Below are positions 57,818 to 64,000 of a DNA stretch of 64,000 nt, in pieces. The position numbers and the translations under genes were made by a program. The notes under the pieces are model-generated. The model saw nothing but the letters and a program-made list of their open reading frames with translations, was not told where the DNA came from and ran no database searches. Source of the DNA: Candidatus Omnitrophica bacterium UBA6253 (lineage in GTDB: Bacteria > Omnitrophota > Gorgyraeia > Gygaellales > Profunditerraquicolaceae); the NCBI GenBank assembly GCA_002441245.1, contig DJVP01000008.1:106540-170539 (forward strand), read 5' to 3'. Numbering within the stretch: position 1 is the stretch's first letter; each line of letters begins with the position of its first letter.

Positions 57818-59974
57818 ATGAAAATAAAGAAAATCTTTTTAGTGGTTGTTTTAATCAATTTATTCTGTTACGGGTTTGGTTGTGCAGAACAAGTATATCA
57901 AGAGAAGATAATCTCTCAGGGAAAGGTTATCTACGGGCTTAGGGAGGAGGAGGCGCTTAATAAATATGGGTTACCCGCAGCTATTAAAGATAATTTGTGG
58001 TATTATGACAGCCCAGAAAAATTATATATTTATTTGGAAGATCCCCTTGTGGTGTACCTTTATCCTCGTTTTATTAAAGGATATGTAGATTTACCTATAG
58101 AGTTAAGGGCGCTCGCAGGATCACAAGAAATAACCGATGTAACATCTAAATCTGAAATTCTTTTAAGTGAGCCAGATAGTTTCAATATAGTTGGACAGGG
58201 GGTCCTGGTACCTAAAAAACCCGGCGACTATCAAATTATAGCTATGTACAGGGACCACTATAGTAATGCCAGTTTTATATCAGTGACTGAGGCTAAAAAA
58301 GTGGCTGAGGAAGAGGAGCGGTTAATTGACATAGACATCTTCCCTCATAAACCTTATGTGAATCCAAATGCTACGGTTTATTTCTATGCTTTTGGAACCT
58401 TTGTTTTTAAAGGCCGTTATACAGTAAGAGAGATAACCAGGCAGGCAGAATGGTTTAGCGAGCAGAATGGTCAAACCTTGAAACTAAAAGACTCGAAAGT
58501 TGCATTATTGCCGCCAGGAAAGTCAAAAGTATTTTGTAGATATAAAGGATTGCAGGGTATCCCTCAGGATGTTGAGGTAGGCAAAAGTCCTGTCCAGCTT
58601 AACCATTTTCTGAAGCAAGTTTCTATTGTCCCTGGAGATGTAGCCATAGCCAGCCAAGCCAGCGTAGCCTTCCATGCCTTCGCTACTTATGAAGATAATA
58701 GCGTAGAAGAAGTGACCAAAAGGATAGGTTGGGTTATTAAGGACAAGGCAATTCTAGAAAGGGAATCAGATGACTTATTTGTCGCAAAACTTGTAGGGGT
58801 AACCGAGCTGCAGGGGGTGTTGGATAATTTACGCAGCTTGCCCGTTAAGGTTGTAGTTTCAAGTTCTCCGGTTAATAAGGGTCAAGTGGATAAAGCAAAT
58901 AAGCAAAAAAAAGACCTTGGGGATTTGTTTGAAGATATTAAGGGTGATATAAAAAATTTAAACCGGAAAATTACGGAGGAGAAAAAGTTTAAGTATATAA
59001 AAATAGTTCCAGACTATTGCGATATTTCAGTGGGAGATCAAAAGCAGCTTTCTGCTTTTGGCTTGCGGCAGGATAGTACCGAAGAAGATATAACCATATT
59101 AGGTAATTGGAAGGTCCTCGATGATAATCTTGCTACTGTAAAAAGCGGATTAATTAATGCTATCTCTGCCGGAGAGACAAAGGTTTGCGTCCAATACAAA
59201 AACATAGAAAATCAATGTATCCCGGTTATCGTAAGAGAAGCAAAATTAATTTCAATAGCGGTTTCTCCGCCACAATTAAAAATAGCTAAAGGCGAGCATC
59301 TGGGCTTGAAGGCGGAAGGATATTTTGGGGATTCATCCCATAGGGATATTACTCTTTTGGTTGACTGGTTATGCGTTGATTCAGGTATAGCAAAAATGGA
59401 CAAAAACGATGTTTTGCCTATAAGGGCCGGTCAAACGCAAATATATGCTGAGTATTTAGGGGCACGGAGCCTTCCGGTGGATGTAGAGGTGGTACAAGAG
59501 AAGTACTGGATATTAAAACTTATTGCGAAAATAATATCTTTTATATTTTTAGCTGCACTCATGCTGTATTTTTATTTCTATATATTAACTGAGAAAGTTA
59601 AAAAGCATATTCTGAGCCTGTATTCTAGCCCGAGAGATTTAACCATTGCCCTTTATAGGAATCTTAGTAAAATAATTTCTATTTTTGGCATACAGCAGAA
59701 ATTTTATATGCCGCCATTATTTTTAGCCGGCTTGAGCGATGAAAAATATGCCATAAAGGACAACTTGTTTTTTAAATTTGCGCAACGATATGAAGAAGCA
59801 AAATACAGCTCCCATATTTTCCCCCCAGAAACATCTCGTTCGGTGATGGATGCATATAACCATATATTGAAAACAGTTTTTGCGCAGCAAAAAAAAAGAA
59901 TATTGGTATATAGGCATTTGAAGGCCGTAATAAGCAGGACGCCATTTTTTATATACAAAATACAGCCAAGTTAA
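57818..59974 (+). CDS. secreted multi-BIG2 (bacterial Ig-like) domain protein with C-terminal TM anchor
   Basis: Signal peptide. Repeated units of about 90 aa with the ..G.T.I.A.Y pattern. TM segment KLIAKIISFIFLAALMLYFYFYIL. Confidence 0.6.
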   Translation: MKIKKIFLVVVLINLFCYGFGCAEQVYQEKIISQGKVIYGLREEEALNKYGLPAAIKDNLWYYDSPEKLYIYLEDPLVVYLYPRFIKGYVDLPIELRALAGSQEITDVTSKSEILLSEPDSFNIVGQGVLVPKKPGDYQIIAMYRDHYSNASFISVTEAKKVAEEEERLIDIDIFPHKPYVNPNATVYFYAFGTFVFKGRYTVREITRQAEWFSEQNGQTLKLKDSKVALLPPGKSKVFCRYKGLQGIPQDVEVGKSPVQLNHFLKQVSIVPGDVAIASQASVAFHAFATYEDNSVEEVTKRIGWVIKDKAILERESDDLFVAKLVGVTELQGVLDNLRSLPVKVVVSSSPVNKGQVDKANKQKKDLGDLFEDIKGDIKNLNRKITEEKKFKYIKIVPDYCDISVGDQKQLSAFGLRQDSTEEDITILGNWKVLDDNLATVKSGLINAISAGETKVCVQYKNIENQCIPVIVREAKLISIAVSPPQLKIAKGEHLGLKAEGYFGDSSHRDITLLVDWLCVDSGIAKMDKNDVLPIRAGQTQIYAEYLGARSLPVDVEVVQEKYWILKLIAKIISFIFLAALMLYFYFYILTEKVKKHILSLYSSPRDLTIALYRNLSKIISIFGIQQKFYMPPLFLAGLSDEKYAIKDNLFFKFAQRYEEAKYSSHIFPPETSRSVMDAYNHILKTVFAQQKKRILVYRHLKAVISRTPFFIYKIQPS

Positions 59975-60016
59975 ATTATAACAGTCGTTTGCTAAATTAA
60001 ATTACCATAGTTTAAA

Positions 60017-61114
60017 GTGAAAAAAATCCTGTTGATAATTTTGTTTTGCTTGAGCATTTCCTTAGCAGATGCTTGGGCTCAAGAATCTTCTCGGCCAAGC
60101 TTACATCCAGCAAGTTATTGGCGGACTATAAAAAATACCACTTTGCAATGTCTTCTGTGTCCGCGCAAATGCGTTCTTGCCCCTGGGCAGCGTGGCGTCT
60201 GTACTGTGCGTATAAACAAGGAAGGGAGGCTTTACAGCCTTGGTTATGGCAATCCGATAGCTATTCATATTGATCCTATTGAAAAAAAACCGTTTTTCCA
60301 TGTTTCTCCGGGTTCTTCAGTTTATTCGCTTGCCGTTGCCGGATGTAATATGCGTTGCGTATTTTGTCAGAATTGGCAGATATCCCAATCTAAACCCGAT
60401 GAATCCAGAAATTATAATCTTTCTCCGGAGGAAGTCGTTAATCAAGTTATCCAAAGTAATTGTCGTTTTATTGCTTTTACCTATACAGAACCAACTGTAT
60501 TCTATGAATATATGCTGGATATTTCAAAGATTGCTAAGGCCAAGGGGATAAAAAATACAATGCATACCTGTGGTTATATAAATCAGGAACCGTTAAAGGA
60601 ATTATTGAAATATATGGATGCGGTTAATGTTGATCTCAAAGGTTTCTCCCCGGAGATTTACGCTAAAATCTCAGAGATGGCCAAACTTGAACCAGTTTTA
60701 GAAACTCTTAAAACAATCAAGAATGCAGGAATTTGGCTTGAGATAACCTGTTTGATCATTCCCGGATTAAATGATGAAGCTATCAAGATTAAAGAAATGT
60801 GTTTATGGATAAAGGAAAACTTGGGTGAGGAGGTGCCGGTGCATTTTAGCCGTTTTATGCCGGCTTTTCGTTTAATAAGTCTTCCCCCTACTCCGCTAGA
60901 GAAGCTCGATGAAGCATATAAAATCGCAAAAAACGTAGGATTAAAATATGTTTATATTGGGAATGTTCCTGGTCATGCTGGAGAAAGCACGATTTGCCCG
61001 AATTGTGGAAAGATTGCCATAAAGAGAATAGGGTATGAAATCTTAGAGAATAATATCAAAGACGGTAAATGCGGATTCTGTGGTAATAAGATAGCCGGCA
61101 GATGGGACCTTTGA
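60017..61114 (+). CDS. AmmeMemoRadiSam-system radical SAM enzyme
   Basis: CLLCPRKCVLAPGQRGVC, radical SAM CNMRCVFCQNW, and the C-terminal Cys pair CPNCG…CGFCG. GTG start. The first ~27 aa look like a signal peptide and may be a mis-start. Confidence 0.75.
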   Translation: MKKILLIILFCLSISLADAWAQESSRPSLHPASYWRTIKNTTLQCLLCPRKCVLAPGQRGVCTVRINKEGRLYSLGYGNPIAIHIDPIEKKPFFHVSPGSSVYSLAVAGCNMRCVFCQNWQISQSKPDESRNYNLSPEEVVNQVIQSNCRFIAFTYTEPTVFYEYMLDISKIAKAKGIKNTMHTCGYINQEPLKELLKYMDAVNVDLKGFSPEIYAKISEMAKLEPVLETLKTIKNAGIWLEITCLIIPGLNDEAIKIKEMCLWIKENLGEEVPVHFSRFMPAFRLISLPPTPLEKLDEAYKIAKNVGLKYVYIGNVPGHAGESTICPNCGKIAIKRIGYEILENNIKDGKCGFCGNKIAGRWDL

Positions 61115-61761
61115 TTTATTTTCAACTTTTTGGTATTGGTTTAAGTTTTGGCGTTGCCGGACCATGTTTTTTATCCTGCACACCTTTTTTTATCACATAT
61201 CTTGCCGGCAAGCAGCTTAAATGGAACCAGGGATTAATAGAGGCATTGGCATTTCTTTCCGGCAGGCTGTTTGCCTATCTTATTTTAGGATATCTTGCTG
61301 GTTTATCGGCAACGCTGCTTAGGCAATTCTGCAGTTTGAACTTTGTCTTGTTTTTAAAACCTATAAGCGGGGTAATTATTATTATGCTGGGAATTATTAA
61401 CCTGTTTTTTAGGTGGTCGGATTGTTGCGGGGGTAAGTTTTTAGCAAATAGGCTAATGACTTTTGGTGGCTTGTTCATTTTAGGTTTTATTATTGGGATG
61501 TCTCCGTGTGTGCCACTTTTGGCGCTGCTTTTTGAAATTACGGTTATCTCAAAAACGGCATTTCAAGGATTACTTTGTGCTTTGTCATTCGGTTTAGGCA
61601 CATTTATTTCAGGTTTTATGGTTATTGCCGGATTATCAGGGGTGATTACCTGGCTTCCGGGAAAAGCCCTGAAATCAAGTTTAGCCTTATTGATATTTCG
61701 TATTATTTTTTGCGTACTTTTAATTTTACTGGGATTAAGCCTTATTTTATCAAAAACCTAA
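61102..61761 (+). CDS. CcdA/DsbD-family thiol:disulfide interchange membrane protein
   Basis: Six TM helices. Cys motifs AGPCFLSC and MSPCVPLL, the latter resembling the CcdA SPC(V/I)LP motif. Confidence 0.55.
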   Translation: MGPLIYFQLFGIGLSFGVAGPCFLSCTPFFITYLAGKQLKWNQGLIEALAFLSGRLFAYLILGYLAGLSATLLRQFCSLNFVLFLKPISGVIIIMLGIINLFFRWSDCCGGKFLANRLMTFGGLFILGFIIGMSPCVPLLALLFEITVISKTAFQGLLCALSFGLGTFISGFMVIAGLSGVITWLPGKALKSSLALLIFRIIFCVLLILLGLSLILSKT

Positions 61762-61773
61762 TAAATATTTAAA

Positions 61774-64000
61774 ATGGCAATCTTATTTTCTATTTTTTTA
61801 ATCGGCTTTACCGCTATGGCAGCGCAAATTGTTATTCTGCGCGAGCTGCTAATTGTTTTCTACGGCAATGAGATATCTATTGGTTTTATTCTTGGCAGTT
61901 GGCTTATCTGGGGAGCTGTAGGGAGTTGGTTGCTGGGGAGGTTTGCCGATAAGGCTAAGTCAAGGCTAAGTTTATTTTCAATCTGCCAACTTGTTTTAAG
62001 CCTCCTTCTTATTTTTAGTATTCCAGTGATCAGATTAATAAAGCATTACTTTGGGCTTGCTCCGGGGGAAATTATCGGATTTATGCCGATGGTTATATCT
62101 AGTTTCCTTGTCCTAGCGCCAATCTGTATGCTTTTAGGTTTTATGTTTTCTTTAGGCTGCAGGGTATATCAAACAAAATCTTCTGAAATGGCGGAAAATA
62201 TTGGCATGGTCTATGCCTGGGAGTCTATAGGTGCTATGTTTGGAGGGGCCCTTTCAAGCTTTATCTTTATTCGACTGCTGAATTCCATTAACATCTGCGT
62301 AATCCTTGGCTTATTGAATATTCTTTCCGCTATTTGTTTACGGCGAATGTTAAGAAAGAGTAGGATGGGAGCTTTATTTACAAGTGCGCTCATGGTTATT
62401 TTCTTTGCGGCGCTCGTTTTATGGTTTTATAAAGGCTGGGATAACCTCGATGAATATTTACGTAAAAAGCAGTGGCAGGGGTACCAAATTCTAGAAACAA
62501 AAAATTCAATTTACGGAAATATCATGGTAACAAAACGGGATAGTCAGTATTCTTTTTTTAATAACGGCCTGCATCTTTATAGTTTACCGGATAAATTAAC
62601 TTCTGAAGAAGCAGTGCATTTTGTCCTCCTGGAACATAATAATCCGCAGAATTTGCTTTTAGTGGGGGGTGGCATAGGAGGGTTGGTAGCTGAAATGCTC
62701 AGGCAGCCGGTAAAAAGCATTGATTATCTTGAGCTTGATCCTGTAATCATAGAAATGGCTGCAACGTATCTTCCTGCAAAGGAATATGAGCCTTTAAGAA
62801 ATGCAAAAGTTTCAATCTATAATTTAGATGGAAGGTTTTTTATCAAAAGCACGCATAAAAAATATGATTGCGTAATTACGCATCTTGGAGACCCGTATAC
62901 AGCGCAGGTAAATAGATATTATACCGTTGAATTTTTCAAAGAAGTGAAGAATATTTTAAATGAGGGGGGAGTCTTTTCTTTTGCCTTAAGTTCTTCGGAA
63001 AGTTACGTCAGCCCGGAACTGGGGGAATATTTAAGGTCTGTTTACCTGGGGCTAAAAAAGGTGTTTAAAGACGTTTTGGTCATTCCCGGAGATACCGCAT
63101 ATTTCTTGGCTTGCGATAAAACAGGCATTCTTACTTATGATTATAATATCTTGATGTCTAGAGAAAAAGAAAGAAACTTGGATTTAAAATACGTACGGGA
63201 ATATTATCTATTTTCTAAATTATCCCCTCGTCTTTTGGCCTATACCGAAGGCCTGTTGTTACAAGAAGGTCACGTGAAGTTAAACCGGGACTTCCAGCCG
63301 AGTACCTATTATTACAATATGGCTTTTTGGGCAGCGCGTCTTGGCGATTCGTTTTTTAGGAAAGTTCTTAAAGCCGTAAGTTTCAAGAAAGTTCTTTATG
63401 CTATATTTGGTATTTGTTTTTTGATTATTTTAGCGGGCTTAATTAAAATAAACGGAAGTAATGATTTTTATAAATATGCCGGCCTTATGGCGCTTATGGC
63501 TACAGGTTTTTCTGCGATGGCTATACAAATAATAATATTGCTAGCTTTTCAGATTATTTACGGGTATGTGTTTTATAAAATTGGTTTTCTGCTTACGGTT
63601 TTTATGGCAGGTTTAGCGATAGGCAGTTTTTTGATGACAATATTTATGAGACAATTCAAGGGAGCGATAAATGTTTTAATGCGAACGAGTTTCCTGTTTT
63701 GTATGTTATCATTGGGGCTTCCAGTATTTTTCTCCTGGCTCCTACTCTCTAACAAAGAAATTGTATCTGAATTAGGGGTAAATATTATATTTCCGCTATT
63801 ATCGGTTGCCGCTGGCTTGCTTGCAGGCGTACAATTTCCTTTGGTGAATAAAATATATCTGGGGAATAAACAGGAGAAAGGGCAAATTGCTGGGTTGACT
63901 TATGGGGTTGATCTGGCAGGCTCTTGCCTTGGCGCATTCCTGACCGGTATTTTCTTGATTCCTATCCTTGGAATAGTTTGGAGTTGTCTTGCAATTGCGG
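61774..64000 (+). CDS. membrane-fused spermidine synthase-like (polyamine aminopropyltransferase) protein, 3' partial
   Basis: Open frame from the ATG at 61774 to the window end. Multi-TM N- and C-terminal domains flank LLLVGGGIGGLVAEMLR…DYLELDP, an AdoMet-binding motif of the SpeE family. The gene is absent from the ORF track, presumably because no stop falls inside the window. Confidence 0.65.
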   Translation, partial: MAILFSIFLIGFTAMAAQIVILRELLIVFYGNEISIGFILGSWLIWGAVGSWLLGRFADKAKSRLSLFSICQLVLSLLLIFSIPVIRLIKHYFGLAPGEIIGFMPMVISSFLVLAPICMLLGFMFSLGCRVYQTKSSEMAENIGMVYAWESIGAMFGGALSSFIFIRLLNSINICVILGLLNILSAICLRRMLRKSRMGALFTSALMVIFFAALVLWFYKGWDNLDEYLRKKQWQGYQILETKNSIYGNIMVTKRDSQYSFFNNGLHLYSLPDKLTSEEAVHFVLLEHNNPQNLLLVGGGIGGLVAEMLRQPVKSIDYLELDPVIIEMAATYLPAKEYEPLRNAKVSIYNLDGRFFIKSTHKKYDCVITHLGDPYTAQVNRYYTVEFFKEVKNILNEGGVFSFALSSSESYVSPELGEYLRSVYLGLKKVFKDVLVIPGDTAYFLACDKTGILTYDYNILMSREKERNLDLKYVREYYLFSKLSPRLLAYTEGLLLQEGHVKLNRDFQPSTYYYNMAFWAARLGDSFFRKVLKAVSFKKVLYAIFGICFLIILAGLIKINGSNDFYKYAGLMALMATGFSAMAIQIIILLAFQIIYGYVFYKIGFLLTVFMAGLAIGSFLMTIFMRQFKGAINVLMRTSFLFCMLSLGLPVFFSWLLLSNKEIVSELGVNIIFPLLSVAAGLLAGVQFPLVNKIYLGNKQEKGQIAGLTYGVDLAGSCLGAFLTGIFLIPILGIVWSCLAIA

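Noticed and set aside
1-64000. CRISPR arrays, rRNA genes, IS transposases
   Set aside because: No spaced direct repeats of 25-40 nt, no rRNA-like conserved stretches, and no DDE/IS-type transposase ORFs were seen. The only recombinase is the large serine recombinase at 29703-31346.

Overview
This is a low-GC bacterial chromosome segment. It carries a housekeeping backbone, then a tRNA-Gln followed by a roughly 23-kb integrated element, then a further operon block.

Backbone genes: an EF-G family GTPase with an unusual N-terminal membrane anchor and coiled coil, a cyclophilin, a 2,692-aa secreted multidomain giant protein, UvrD-like helicase, a MetV-like/NifU/MTHFS trio, RNase Y, YmdB, a glycoside-hydrolase-like protein, XseAB, Dxs, a four-subunit 2-oxoacid:ferredoxin oxidoreductase and GluRS.

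Integrated element (about 29.4-52.9 kb): tRNA-Gln(CUG), a large serine recombinase, a DUF2924 partner, a ParB-N/DNA-methylase fusion and small and large terminase subunits. No capsid, portal or tail genes are present. Its cargo looks like anti-phage defence.

The most notable cargo is a tight operon at 38.1-45.1 kb under a divergent XRE regulator. It encodes a protein with a PD-(D/E)xK motif, two ComEC-type metallo-beta-lactamase-fold proteins, a single 742-aa polypeptide fusing E2-like, E1 (ThiF) and JAB/JAMM domains, and a patatin-like phospholipase. This resembles type II CBASS (Cap2 + Cap3 + CapE) and Bil/Bub-type ubiquitin-like conjugation systems, but no cyclic-oligonucleotide synthase and no obvious ubiquitin-like gene is visible. 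I rate it the best candidate for a previously undescribed system in the window.

The element also carries zinc-ribbon proteins, a HAD hydrolase and lipoproteins (one with beta-propeller plus Hsp20-like domains). Two promoter-to-terminator units look like small RNAs or attenuators.

Downstream lie MoxR-DUF58, two Ig-like (BIG2) surface proteins, an AmmeMemoRadiSam radical-SAM enzyme, a CcdA/DsbD-like membrane protein and a membrane-fused spermidine-synthase-like protein that runs off the window.

No rRNA, CRISPR array or IS transposase was seen.

All calls are by eye from motifs in the translated ORFs; no searches were run.
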